64,000 nucleotides of DNA from Gordius albopunctatus (lineage: Eukaryota): contig OZ193910.1 of assembly GCA_964276515.1 (NCBI GenBank), forward strand, positions 7,812,001 through 7,876,000, written 5' to 3'. Position 1 is the first letter of the stretch; every line of letters begins with the position of its first letter. Below are positions 1 through 15,000 of this stretch, in pieces. Both the position numbers and the translations under genes were made by a program. A model generated the notes under the pieces. It was not told the origin of the DNA. It saw nothing but the letters and a program-made list of their open reading frames with translations, and did not search any database.

Positions 1-3000
1 TTAGAGATAATAATTTTTGACGACTGATCAAAAAAATGTTTTTAAAGGAATTCACCTCTTATACCGAAAACTTTCATGAGAGCTATATGGTTGAACAAAA
101 AAATAGAAAAAATTTTGAGGTCGAAAAAATTATTATTTTTCATATTCTTTCGAAAGGGAGATGAAAAAATCTTTAAAAGTTAGTAAATATTCTTAGCATT
201 TTGTCCTTGTTAGAATCTTGAAAGGAATTTATGCGTGGGGGGATGTTTTAGATTGAGAGAAATTAAAATTTAGGTGTTGCGTTTATATTGTTTCAATATC
301 GCTTTATAAGCGTGTCTCTAGTTTTAGTGAAACAAGCTCTATGCGATCGTGATTTACAGTTAATAATTTTTGATGACTGATCAAAAAAATGTTTTTCAAG
401 GAATTCACCTCTTATACCGAAAACTTTCATGAGAGCTATATGGTTGAACAAAAAAATTGAAAAAATTTTGAGGTCGAAAAAAATATTATTTTTCAAATTC
501 TTTCGAAAGGGAGATGAAAAAATCTTTAAAAGTTAGTAAATATTCTTAGAATTTTGTCCTTGTTAGAATCTTGATAGGAATTTTTGCGTTGGCGATGTTT
601 GAGATTGAGAGAAATTAAAATTTTCGTGCTGCGTTTAGTTTGTTTCAATATCGCTTTATAAGCGTGTCTCTAGTTTTAGTGAAACAAGCTCTATGCGATC
701 GTGATTTACAGTTAATAATTTTTGATGACTGATCAAAAAAATGTTTTTCAAGGAATTCACCTCTTATACCGAAAACTTTCATGAGAGCTATATGGTTGAA
801 CAAAAAAATTGAAAAAATTTTGAGGTCGAAAAAATTATTATTTTTCATATTCTTTCGAAAGGGAGATGAAAAAATCTTTAAAAGTTAGTAAATATTCTTA
901 GCATTTTGTCCTTGTTAGAATCTTGAAAGGAATTTATGCGTGGGGGGATGTTTTAGATTGAGAGAAATTAAAATTTAGGTGTTGCGTTTATATTGTTTCA
1001 ATATCGCTTTATAAGCGTGTCTCTAGTTTTAGTGAAACAAGCTCTATGCGATCGTGATTTAGAGTTAATAATTTTTGATGACTGATCAAAAAAATGTTTT
1101 TCAAGGAATTCACCTCTTATACCGAAAACTTTCATGAGAGCTATATGGTTGAACAAAAAAATTGAAAAAATTTTGAGGTCGAAAAAATTATTATTTTTCA
1201 TATTCTTTCGAAAGGGAGATGAAAAAATCTTTAAAAGTTAGTAAATATTCTTAGCATATTGTCCTCGTTAGAATCTTGATAGGAATTTATGCGTGGGGGG
1301 ATGTTTGAGATTGAGAGAAATTAAAATTTTCGTGCTGCGTTTATATTGTTTCAATATCGCTTTATAAGCGTGTCTCTAGTTTTAGTGAAACAAGCTCGAT
1401 GCGATCGTGATTTAGAGTTAATAATTTTTGATGACTGATCAAAAAAATGTTTTTCAAGCAATTCACCTGTTATACCGAAAACTTTCATGAGAGCTATATG
1501 GTTGAACAAAAAAATTGAAAAAATTTTGAGGTCGAAAAAAATATTATTTTTCAAATTCTTTCGAAAGGATGATGAAAAAATCTTTAAAAGTTAGTAAATA
1601 TTCTTAGCATTTTGTCCTTGTTAGAATATTGATAGAAATTTATGCGTGGGGGGATGTTTTAGATTGAGAGAAATTAAAATTTAGGTGTTGCGTTTATATT
1701 GTTTCAATATCGCTTTATAAGCGTGTCTCTAGTTTTAGTGAAACAAGCTCTATGCGATCGTGATTTAGAGATAATAATTTTTGACGACTGATCAAAAAAA
1801 TGTTTTTAAAGGAATTCACCTCTTATACCGAAAACTTTCATGAGAGCTATATGGTTGAACAAAAAAATAGAAAAAATTTTGAGGTCGAAAAAATTTTTAT
1901 TTTTCATATTCTTTCGAAAGGGAGATGAAAAAATCTTTAAAAGTTAGTAAATATTCTTAGAATTTTGTCCTTGTTAGAATCTTGAAAGGAATTTATGCGT
2001 GGGGGGATGTTTTAGATTGAGAGAAATTAAAATTTAGGTGTTGCGTTTATATTGTTTCAATATCGCTTTATAAGCGTGTCTCTAGTTTTAGTGAAACAAG
2101 CTCTATTCGATCGTGATTCAGAGTTAATAATTTTATGATTGATCAAAAAAATGTTTTTCAAGGAATTCACCTCTTATACCGAAAACTTTCATGAGAACTA
2201 TATGGTTGAACAAAAAAATTGAAAAAATTTTGAGGTCGAAAAAATATTATTTTTTTCATATTTTTTCGAAAGGGAGATGAAAAAATCTTTAAAAGTTAGT
2301 AAATATTCTTAGTATTTTGTCCTTGTTAGAATCTTGATAGGAATTTATCCTTGGGGGGATGTTTGAGATTGAGAGAAATTAAAATTTTCGTGTTGCGTTT
2401 ATATTGTTTCAATATCGCTTTATAAGCGTGTCTCTAGTTTTAGTGAAACAAGCTCTATGCGATCGTGATTTAGAGTTAATAATTTTTGATGACTGATCAA
2501 AAAAATGTTTTTCAAGGAATTCATCTCTTATACGGAAAACTTTCATGAGAGCTATATGGTTGAACAAAAAAATTGAAAAAATTTTGAGGTCGAAAAAAAT
2601 ATTTTTTTTCATATTCTTTCGAAAGGGAGATGAAAAAATCTTTAAAAGTTATTAAATATTCTTAGCATTTTGTCCTTGTTAGAATCTTGATAGGAATTTT
2701 TGCGTGGGTGGATGTTTTAGATTGAGAGAAATAGAAAATTTAGGTGTTGCGTTTATATTGTTTCAATATCGCTTTATAAGCGTGTCTCTAGTTTTAGTGA
2801 AACAAGCTCTATGCGATCGTGATTTAGAGATAATAATTTTTGACGACTGATCAAAAAAATGTTTTTAAAGGAATTCACCTCTTATACCGAAAACTTTCAT
2901 GAGAGCTATATGGTTGAACAAAAAAATAGAAAAAATTTTGAGGTCGAAAAAATTTTTATTTTTCATATTCTTTCGAAAGGGAGATGAAAAAATCTTTAAA

Positions 3001-6000
3001 AGTTAGTAAATATTCTTAGCATATTGTCCTCGTTAGAATCTTGATAGGAATTTATGCGTGGGGGGATGTTTTAGATTGAGAGAAATTAAAATTTTCGTGC
3101 TGCGTTTAGTTTGTTTCAATATCGCTTTATAAGCGTGTCTCTAGTTTTAGTGAAACAAGCTCTATGCGATCGTGATTTAGAGTTAATAATTTTTGATGAC
3201 TGATCAAAAAAATGTTTTTCAAGGAATTCACCTCTTATACCGAAAACTTTCATGAGAGCTATATGGTTGAACAAAAAAATTGAAAAAATTTTGAGGTCGA
3301 AAAAAATATTGTTTTTCAAATTCTTTCGAAAGGGAGATGAAAAAATCTTTAAAAGTTAGTAAATATTCTTAGAATTTTGTCCTTGTTAGAATCTTGATAG
3401 GAATTTTTGCGTTGGCGATGTTTGAGATTGAGAGAAAATAAAATTTTCGTGCTGCGTTTAGTTTGTTTCAATATCGCTTTATAAGCGTGTCTCTAGTTTT
3501 AGTGAAACAGGCTCTATGCGATCGTGATTTACAGTTAATAATTTTTGATGACTGATCAAAAAAATGTTTTTAAAGGAATTCACCTCTTATACCGAAAACT
3601 TTCATGAGAGCTATATGGTTGAACAAAAAAATAGAAAAAATTTTGAGGTCGAAAAAAATATTATTTTTCATATTCTTTTGAAAGGGAGATGAAAAAATCT
3701 TTAAAAGTTAGTAAATATTCTTAGCATTTTGTCCTCGTTAGAATCTTGATAGGAATTTATGCGTGGGGGGATGTTTGAGATTGAGAGAAATTAAAATTTT
3801 CGTGTTGCGTTTATATTGTTTCAATATCGCTTTATAAGCGTGTCTCTAGTTTTAGTGAAACAAGCTCTATGCGATCGTGATTTAGAGATAATAATTTTTG
3901 ACGACTGATCAAAAAAATGTTTTTAAAGGAATTCACCTCTTATACCGAAAACTTTCATGAGAGCTATATGGTTGAACAAAAAAATAGAAAAAATTTTGAG
4001 GTCGAAAAAATTATTATTTTTCATATTCTTTCGAAAGGGAGATGAAAAAATCTTTAAAAGTTAGTAAATATTCTTAGCATTTTGTCCTTGTTAGAATCTT
4101 GAAAGGAATTTATGCGTGGGGGGATGTTTTAGATTGAGAGAAATTAAAATTTAGGTGTTGCGTTTATATTGTTTCAATATCGCTTTATAAGCGTGTCTCT
4201 AGTTTTAGTGAAACAAGCTCTATGCGATCGTGATTTAGAGTTAATAATTTTTGATGACTGATCAAAAAAATGTTTTTCAAGGAATTCACCTCTTATACCG
4301 AAAACTTTCATGAGAGCTATATGGTTGAACAAAAAAATTGAAAAAATTTTGAGGTCGAAAAAATTATTATTTTTCATATTCTTTCGAAAGGGAGATGAAA
4401 AAATCTTTAAAAGTTAGTAAATATTCTTAGCATATTGTCCTCGTTAGAATCTTGATAGGAATTTATGCGTGGGGGGATGTTTGAGATTGAGAGAAATTAA
4501 AATTTTCGTGCTGCGTTTATATTGTTTCAATATCGCTTTATAAGCGTGTCTCTAGTTTTAGTGAAACAAGCTCGATGCGATCGTGATTGAGAGTTAATAA
4601 TTTTTGATGACTGATCAAAAAAATGTTTTTCAAGCAATTCACCTGTTATACCGAAAACTTTCATGAGAGCTATATGGTTGAACAAAAAAATTGAAAAAAT
4701 TTTGAGGTCGAAAAAAATATTATTTTTCAAATTCTTTCGAAAGGATGATGAAAAAATCTTTAAAAGTTAGTAAATATTCTTAGCATTTTGTCCTTGTTAG
4801 AATATTGATAGAAATTTATGCGTGGGGGGATGTTTTAGATTGAGAGAAATTAAAATTTAGGTGTTGCGTTTATATTGTTTCAATATCGCTTTATAAGCGT
4901 GTCTCTAGTTTTAGTGAAACAAGCTCTATGCGATCGTGATTTAGAGATAATAATTTTTGACGACTGATCAAAAAAATGTTTTTAAAGGAATTCACCTCTT
5001 ATACCGAAAACTTTCATGAGAGCTATATGGTTGAACAAAAAAATAGAAAAAATTTTGAGGTCGAAAAAATTTTTATTTTTCATATTCTTTCGAAAGGGAG
5101 ATGAAAAAATCTTTAAAAGTTAGTAAATATTCTTAGAATTTTGTCCTTGTTAGACACTTGAAAGGAATTTATGCGTGGGGGGATGTTTTAGATTGAGAGA
5201 AATTAAAATTTAGGTGTTGCGTTTATATTGTTTCAATATCGCTTTATAAGCGTGTCTCTAGTTTTAGTGAAACAAGCTCTATTCGATCGTGATTCAGAGT
5301 TAATAATTTTATGATTGATCAAAAAAATGTTTTTCAAGGAATTCACCTCTTATACCGAAAACTTTCATGAGAACTATATGGTTGAACAAAAAAATTGAAA
5401 AAATTTTGAGGTCGAAAAAATATTATTTTTTTCATATTTTTTCGAAAGGGAGATGAAAAAATCTTTAAAAGTTAGTAAATATTCTTAGCATTTTGTCCTT
5501 GTTAGAATCTTGATAGGAATTTATCCTTGGGGGGATGTTTGAGATTGAGAGAAATTAAAATTTTCGTGTTGCGTTTATATTGTTTCAATATCGCTTTATA
5601 AGCGTGTCTCTAGTTTTAGTGAAACAAGCTCTATGCGATCGTGATTTAGAGTTAATAATTTTTGATGACTGATCAAAAAAATGTTTTTCAAGGAATTCAT
5701 CTCTTATACGGAAAACTTTCATGAGAGCTATATGGTTGAACAAAAAATTGAAAAAATTTTGAGGTCGAAAAAATTATTATTTTTCATATTCTTTCGAAAG
5801 GGAGATGAAAAAATCTTTAAAAGTTAGTAAATATTCTTAGCATTTTGTCCTTGTTAGAATCTTGATAGGAATTTTTGCGTTGGCGATGTTTGAGATTGAG
5901 AGAAATTAAAATTTTCGTGTTGCGTTTATATTGTTTCAATATCGCTTTATAAGCGTGTCTCTAGTTTTAGTGAAACAAGCTCTATGCGATCGTGATTTAG

Positions 6001-9000
6001 AGTTAATAATTTTTGATGACTGATCAAAAAAATGTTTTTAAAGGAATTCACCTCTTATACCGAAAACTTTCATGAGAGCTATATGGTTGAACAAAAAAAT
6101 AGAAAAAATTTTGAGGTCGAAAAAATTTTTATTTTTCATATTCTTTCGAAAGGGAGATGAAAAAATCTTTAAAAGTTAGTAAATATTCTTAGAATTTTGT
6201 CCTTGTTAGACACTTGAAAGGAATTTATGCGTGGGGGGATGTTTTAGATTGAGAGAAATTAAAATTTAGGTGTTGCGTTTATATTGTTTCAATATCGCTT
6301 TATAAGCGTGTCTCTAGTTTTAGTGAAACAAGCTCTATGCGATCGTGATTTAGAGTTAATAATTTTTGATGACTGATCAAAAAAATGTTTTTCAAGGAAT
6401 TCATCTCTTATACGGAAAACTTTCATGAGAGCTATATGGTTGAACAAAAAAATTGAAAAAATTTTGAGGTCGAAAAAAATATTTTTTTTCATATTCTTTC
6501 GAAAGGGAGATGAAAAAATCTTTAAAAGTTATTAAATATTCTTAGCATTTTGTCCTTGTTAGAATCTTGATAGGAATTTTTGCGTGGGTGGATGTTTTAG
6601 ATTGAGAGAAATAGAAAATTTAGGTGTTGCGTTTATATTGTTTCAATATCGCTTTATAAGCGTGTCTCTAGTTTTAGTGAAACAAGCTCTATGCGATCGT
6701 GATTTAGAGTTAATAATTTTTGATGACTGATCAAAAAAATGTTTTTCAAGGAATTCATCTCTTATACGGAAAACTTTCATGAGAGCTATATGGTTGAACA
6801 AAAAAATTGAAAAAATTTTGAGGTCGAAAAAAATATTATTTTTCAAATTCTTTCGAAAGGATGATGAAAAAATCTTTAAAAGTTAGTAAATATTCTTAGC
6901 ATTTTGTCCTTGTTAGAATATTGATAGAAATTTATGCGTGGGGGGATGTTTTAGATTGAGAGAAATTAAAATTTAGGTGTTGCGTTTATATTGTTTCAAT
7001 ATCGCTTTATAAGCGTGTCTCTAGTTTTAGTGAAACAAGCTCTATGCGATCGTGATTTACAGTTAATAATTTTTGATGACTGATCAAAAAAATGTTTTTA
7101 AAGGAATTCACCTCTTATACCGAAAACTTTCATGAGAGCTATATGGTTGAACAAAAAAATAGAAAAAATTTTGAGGTCGAAAAAATTTTTATTTTTCATA
7201 TTCTTTCGAAAGGGAGATGAAAAAATCTTTAAAAGTTAGTAAATATTCTTAGCATATTGTCCTCGTTAGAATCTTGATAGGAATTTATGCGTGGGGGGAT
7301 GTTTTAGATTGAGAGAAATTAAAATTTTCGTGCTGCGTTTAGTTTGTTTCAATATCGCTTTATAAGCGTGTCTCTAGTTTTAGTGAAACAAGCTCTATGC
7401 GATCGTGATTTACAGTTAATAATTTTTGATGACTGATCAAAAAAATGTTTTTCAAGGAATTCACCTCTTATACCGAAAACTTTCATGAGAGCTATATGGT
7501 TGAACAAAAAAATTGAAAAAATTTTGAGGTCGAAAAAAATATTGTTTTTCAAATTCTTTCGAAAGGGAGATGAAAAAATCTTTAAAAGTTAGTAAATATT
7601 CTTAGCATTTTGTCCTTGTTAGAATATTGATAGAAATTTATGCGTGGGGGGATGTTTTAGATTGAGAGAAATTAAAATTTAGGTGTTGCGTTTATATTGT
7701 TTCAATATCGCTTTATAAGCGTGTCTCTAGTTTTAGTGAAACAAGCTCTATGCGATCGTGATTTAGAGATAATAATTTTTGACGACTGATCAAAAAAATG
7801 TTTTTAAAGGAATTCACCTCTTATACCGAAAACTTTCATGAGAGCTATATGGTTGAACAAAAAAATTGAAAAAATTTTGAGGTCGAAAAAAATATTGTTT
7901 TTCAAATTCTTTCGAAAGGGAGATGAAAAAATCTTTAAAAGTTAGTAAATATTCTTAGAATTTTGTCCTTGTTAGAATCTTGATAGGAATTTTTGCGTTG
8001 GCGATGTTTGAGATTGAGAGAAAATAAAATTTTCGTGCTGCGTTTAGTTTGTTTCAATATCGCTTTATAAGCGTGTCTCTAGTTTTAGTGAAACAAGCTC
8101 TATGCGATCGTGATTTACAGTTAATAATTTTTGATGACTGATCAAAAAAATGTTTTTCAAGGAATTCACCTCTTATACCGAAAACTTTCATGAGAGCTAT
8201 ATGGTTGAACAAAAAAATTGAAAAAATTTTGAGGTCGAAAAAATTATTATTTTTCATATTCTTTCGAAAGGGAGATGAAAAAATCTTTAAAAGTTAGTAA
8301 ATATTCTTAGCATTTTGTCCTTGTTAGAATCTTGATAGGAATATATGCGTGGGGGGATGTTTGAGATTGAGAGAAATTAAAATTTTCGTGTTGCGTTTAT
8401 ATTTTTTCAATATCGCTTTATAAGCGTGTCTCTAGTTTTAGTGAAACAAGCTCTATGCGATCGTGATTTAGAGATAATAATTTTTGACGACTGATCAAAA
8501 AAATGTTTTTAAAGGAATTCACCTCTTATACCGAAAACTTTCATGAGAGCTATATGGTTGAACAAAAAAATAGAAAAAATTTTGAGGTCGAAAAAATTAT
8601 TATTTTTCATATTCTTTCGAAAGGGAGATGAAAAAATCTTTAAAAGTTAGTAAATATTCTTAGCATTTTGTCCTTGTTAGAATCTTGAAAGGAATTTATG
8701 CGTGGGGGGATGTTTTAGATTGAGAGAAATTAAAATTTAGGTGTTGCGTTTATATTGTTTCAATATCGCTTTATAAGCGTGTCTCTAGTTTTAGTGAAAC
8801 AAGCTCTATTCGATCGTGATTCAGAGTTAATAATTTTTGATGACTGATCAAAAAAATGTTTTTCAAGGAATTCACCTCTTATACCGAAAACTTTCATGAG
8901 AGCTATATGGTTGAACAAAAAAATTGAAAAAATTTTGAGGTCGAAAAAATTATTATTTTTCATATTCTTTCGAAAGGGAGATGAAAAAATCTTTAAAAGT

Positions 9001-12000
9001 TAGTAAATATTCTTAGCATATTGTCCTCGTTAGAATCTTGATAGGAATTTATGCGTGGGGGGATGTTTTAGATTGAGAGAAATTAAAATTTTCGTGCTGC
9101 GTTTAGTTTGTTTCAATATCGCTTTATAAGCGTGTCTCTAGTTTTAGTGAAACAAGCTCTATGCGATCGTGATTTACAGTTAATAATTTTTGATGACTGA
9201 TCAAAAAAATGTTTTTCAAGGAATTCACCTCTTATACCGAAAACTTTCATGAGAGCTATATGGTTGAACAAAAAAATTGAAAAAATTTTGAGGTCGAAAA
9301 AAATATTGTTTTTCAAATTCTTTCGAAAGGGAGATGAAAAAATCTTTAAAAGTTAGTAAATATTCTTAGAATTTTGTCCTTGTTAGAATCTTGATAGGAA
9401 TTTTTGCGTTGGCGATGTTTGAGATTGAGAGAAATTAAAATTTTCGTGTTGCGTTTATATTGTTTCAATATCGCTTTATAAGCGTGTCTCTAGTTTTAGT
9501 GAAACAAGCTCTATGCGATCGTGATTTAGAGTTAATAATTTTTGATGACTGATCAAAAAAATGTTTTTCAAGCAATTCACCTGTTATACCGAAAACTTTC
9601 ATGAGAGCTATATGGTTGAACAAAAAAATTGAAAAAATTTTGAGGTCGAAAAAAATATTATTTTTCAAATTCTTTCGAAAGGATGATGAAAAAATCTTTA
9701 AAAGTTAGTAAATATTCTTAGCATTTTGTCCTTGTTAGAATATTGATAGAAATTTATGCGTGGGGGGATGTTTTAGATTGAGAGAAATTAAAATTTAGGT
9801 GTTGCGTTTATATTGTTTCAATATCGCTTTATAAGCGTGTCTCTAGTTTTAGTGAAACAAGCTCTATGCGATCGTGATTTAGAGATAATAATTTTTGACG
9901 ACTGATCAAAAAAATGTTTTTAAAGGAATTCACCTCTTATACCGAAAACTTTCATGAGAGCTATATGGTTGAACAAAAAAATAGAAAAAATTTTGAGGTC
10001 GAAAAAATTTTTATTTTTCATATTCTTTCGAAAGGGAGATGAAAAAATCTTTAAAAGTTAGTAAATATTCTTAGAATTTTGTCCTTGTTAGAATCTTGAA
10101 AGGAATTTATGCGTGGGGGGATGTTTTAGATTGAGAGAAATTAAAATTTAGGTGTTGCGTTTATATTGTTTCAATATCGCTTTATAAGCGTGTCTCTAGT
10201 TTTAGTGAAACAAGCTCTATTCGATCGTGATTCAGAGTTAATAATTTTATGACTGATCAAAAAAATGTTTTTCAAGGAATTCACCTCTTATACCGAAAAC
10301 TTTCATGAGAACTATATGGTTGAACAAAAAAATTGAAAAAATTTTGAGGTCGAAAAAATATTATTTTTTTCATATTTTTTCGAAAGGGAGATGAAAAAAT
10401 CTTTAAAAGTTAGTAAATATTCTTAGCATTTTGTCCTTGTTAGAATCTTGATAGGAATTTATCCTTGGGGGGATGTTTGAGATTGAGAGAAATTAAAATT
10501 TTCGTGTTGCGTTTATATTGTTTCAATATCGCTTTATAAGCGTGTCTCTAGTTTTAGTGAAACAAGCTCTATGCGATCGTGATTTAGAGTTAATAATTTT
10601 TGATGACTGATCAAAAAAATGTTTTTCAAGGAATTCACCTCTTATACCGAAAACTTTCATGAGAGCTATATGGTTGAACAAAAAAATTGAAAAAATTTTG
10701 AGGTCGAAAAAATTATTATTTTTCATATTCTTTCGAAAGGGAGATGAAAAAATCTTTAAAAGTTAGTAAATATTCTTAGCATATTGTCCTCGTTAGAATC
10801 TTGATAGGAATTTATGCGTGGGGGGATGTTTGAGATTGAGAGAAATTAAAATTTTCGTGCTGCGTTTATATTGTTTCAATATCGCTTTATAAGCGTGTCT
10901 CTAGTTTTAGTGAAACAAGCTCGATGCGATCGTGATTTAGAGTTAATAATTTTTGATGACTGATCAAAAAAATGTTTTTCAAGCAATTCACCTGTTATAC
11001 CGAAAACTTTCATGAGAGCTATATGGTTGAACAAAAAAATTGAAAAAATTTTGAGGTCGAAAAAAATATTATTTTTTAAATTCTTTCGAAAGGATGATGA
11101 AAAAATCTTTAAAAGTTAGTAAATATTCTTAGCATTTTGTCCTTGTTAGAATATTGATAGAAATTTATGCGTGGGGGGATGTTTTAGATTGAGAGAAATT
11201 AAAATTTATGTGTTGCGTTTATATTGTTTCAATATCGCTTTATAAGCGTGTCTCTAGTTTTAGTGAAACAAGCTCTATGCGATCGTGATTTAGAGATAAT
11301 AATTTTTGACGACTGATCAAAAAAATGTTTTTAAAGGAATTCACCTCTTATACCGAAAACTTTCATGAGAGCTATATGGTTGAACAAAAAAATAGAAAAA
11401 ATTTTGAGGTCGAAAAAATTTTTATTTTTCATATTCTTTCGAAAGGGAGATGAAAAAATCTTTAAAAGTTAGTAAATATTCTTAGAATTTTGTCCTTGTT
11501 AGAATCTTGAAAGGAATTTATGCGTGGGGGGATGTTTTAGATTGAGAGAAATTAAAATTTAGGTGTTGCGTTTATATTGTTTCAATATCGCTTTATAAGC
11601 GTGTCTCTAGTTTTAGTGAAACAAGCTCTATTCGATCGTGATTCAGAGTTAATAATTTTATGACTGATCAAAAAAATGTTTTTCAAGGAATTCACCTCTT
11701 ATACCGAAAACTTTCATGAGAACTATATGGTTGAACAAAAAAATTGAAAAAATTTTGAGGTCGAAAAAATATTATTTTTTTCATATTTTTTCGAAAGGGA
11801 GATGAAAAAATCTTTAAAAGTTAGTAAATATTCTTAGCATTTTGTCCTTGTTAGAATCTTGATAGGAATTTATCCTTGGGGGGATGTTTGAGATTGAGAG
11901 AAATTAAAATTTTCGTGTTGCGTTTATATTGTTTCAATATCGCTTTATAAGCGTGTCTCTAGTTTTAGTGAAACAAGCTCTATGCGATCGTGATTTAGAG

Positions 12001-15000
12001 TTAATAATTTTTGATGACTGATCAAAAAAATGTTTTTCAAGGAATTCACCTCTTATACCGAAAACTTTCATGAGAGCTATATGGTTGAACAAAAAAATTG
12101 AAAAAATTTTGAGGTCGAAAAAATTATTATTTTTCATATTCTTTCGAAAGGGAGATGAAAAAATCTTTAAAAGTTAGTAAATATTCTTAGCATATTGTCC
12201 TCGTTAGAATCTTGATAGGAATTTATGCGTGGGGGGATGTTTTAGATTGAGAGAAATTAAAATTTTCGTGCTGCGTTTAGTTTGTTTCAATATCGCTTTA
12301 TAAGCGTGTCTCTAGTTTTAGTGAAACAAGCTCTATGCGATCGTGATTTAGAGATAATAATTTTTGACGACTGATCAAAAAAATGTTTTTAAAGGAATTC
12401 ACCTCTTATACCGAAAACTTTCATGAGAGCTATATGGTTGAACAAAAAAATAGAAAAAATTTTGAGGTCGAAAAAATTTTTATTTTTCATATTCTTTCGA
12501 AAGGGAGATGAAAAAATCTTTAAAAGTTAGTAAATATTCTTAGAATTTTGTCCTTGTTAGAATCTTGAAAGGAATTTATGCGTGGGGGGATGTTTTAGAT
12601 TGAGAGAAATTAAAATTTAGGTGTTGCGTTTATATTGTTTCAATATCGCTTTATAAGCGTGTCTCTAGTTTTAGTGAAACAAGCTCTATTCGATCGTGAT
12701 TCAGAGTTAATAATTTTATGACTGATCAAAAAAATGTTTTTCAAGGAATTCACCTCTTATACCGAAAACTTTCATGAGAACTATATGGTTGAACAAAAAA
12801 ATTGAAAAAATTTTGAGGTCGAAAAAATATTATTTTTTTCATATTTTTTCGAAAGGGAGATGAAAAAATCTTTAAAAGTTAGTAAATATTCTTAGCATTT
12901 AGTCCTTGTTAGAATCTTGATAGGAATTTATCCTTGGGGGGATGTTTGAGATTGAGAGAAATTAAAATTTTCGTGTTGCGTTTATATTGTTTCAATATCG
13001 CTTTATAAGCGTGTCTCTAGTTTTAGTGAAACAAGCTCTATGCGATCGTGATTTAGAGTTAATAATTTTTGATGACTGATCAAAAAAATGTTTTTCAAGG
13101 AATTCACCTCTTATACCGAAAACTTTCATGAGAGCTATATGGTTGAACAAAAAAATTGAAAAAATTTTGAGGTCGAAAAAATTATTATTTTTCATATTCT
13201 TTCGAAAGGGAGTTGAAAAAATCTTTAAAAGTTAGTAAATATTCTTAGCATTTTGTCCTTGTTAGAATCTTGATAGGAATATATGCGTGGGGGGATGTTT
13301 GAGATTGAGAGAAATTAAAATTTTCGTGTTGCGTTTATATTGTTTCAATATCGCTTTATAAGCGTGTCTCTAGTTTTAGTGAAACAAGCTCTATGCGATC
13401 GTGATTTAGAGTTAATAATTTTTGATGACTGATCAAAAAAATGTTTTTCAAGGAATTCACCTCTTATACCGAAAACTTTCATGAGAGCTATATGGTTGAA
13501 CAAAAAAATTGAAAAAATTTTGAGGTCGAAAAAATTATTATTTTTCATATTCTTTCGAAAGGGAGATGAAAAAATCTTTAAAAGTTAGTAAATATTCTTA
13601 GCATATTGTCCTCGTTAGAATCTTGATAGGAATTTATGCGTGGGGGGATGTTTGAGATTGAGAGAAATTAAAATTTTCGTGCTGCGTTTATATTGTTTCA
13701 ATATCGCTTTATAAGCGTGTCTCTAGTTTTAGTGAAACAAGCTCAATGCGATCGTGATTTAGAGTTAATAATTTTTGATGACTGATCAAAAAAATGTTTT
13801 TCAAGCAATTCACCTGTTATACCGAAAACTTTCATGAGAGCTATATGGTTGAACAAAAAAATTGAAAAAATTTTGAGGTCGAAAAAAATATTATTTTTCA
13901 TATTCTTTCGAAAGGGAGATGAAAAAATCTTTAAAAGTTAGTAAATATTCTTAGCATTTTGTCCTTGTTAGAATCTTGATAGGAATTTATCCTTGGGGGG
14001 ATGTTTGAGATTGAGAGAAATTAAAATTTTCGTGTTGCGTTTATATTGTTTCAATATCGCTTTATAAGCGTGTCTCTAGTTTTAGTGAAACAAGCTCTAT
14101 GCGATCGTGATTTAGAGATAATAATTTTTGACGACTGATCAAAAAAATGTTTTTCAAGGAATTCACCTCTTATACCGAAAACTTTCATGAGAGCTATATG
14201 GTTGAACAAAAAAATAGAAAAAATTTTGAGGTCGAAAAAATTTTTATTTTTCATATTCTTTCGAAAGGGAGATGAAAAAATCTTTAAAAGTTAGTAAATA
14301 TTCTTAGAATTTTGTCCTTGTTAGAATCTTGAAAGGAATTTATGCGTGGGGGGATGTTTTAGATTGAGAGAAATTAAAATTTAGGTGTTGCGTTTATATT
14401 GTTTCAATATCGCTTTATAAGCGTGTCTCTAGTTTTAGTGAAACAAGCTCTATTCGATCGTGATTCAGAGTTAATAATTTTATGACTGATCAAAAAAATG
14501 TTTTTCAAGGAATTCACCTCTTATACCGAAAACTTTCATGAGAACTATATGGTTGAACAAAAAAATTGAAAAAATTTTGAGGTCGAAAAAATATTATTTT
14601 TTTCATATTTTTTCGAAAGGGAGATGAAAAAATCTTTAAAAGTTAGTAAATATTCTTAGCATTTTGTCCTTGTTAGAATCTTGATAGGAATTTATCCTTG
14701 GGGGGATGTTTGAGATTGAGAGAAATTAAAATTTTCGTGTTGCGTTTATATTGTTTCAATATCGCTTTATAAGCGTGTCTCTAGTTTTAGTGAAACAAGC
14801 TCTATGCGATCGTGATTTAGAGTTAATAATTTTTGATGACTGATCAAAAAAATGTTTTTCAAGGAATTCACCTCTTATACCGAAAACTTTCATGAGAGCT
14901 ATATGGTTGAACAAAAAAATTGAAAAAATTTTGAGGTCGAAAAAATTATTATTTTTCATATTCTTTCGAAAGGGAGATGAAAAAATCTTTAAAAGTTAGT

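Noticed and set aside
500..640. CENP-B box or G-quadruplex in the monomer
   Set aside because: The TTCG cores are not followed by the A..CGGG positions of the CENP-B box. Each monomer has only one long G run plus one distant GGG, too few for an intramolecular G4.
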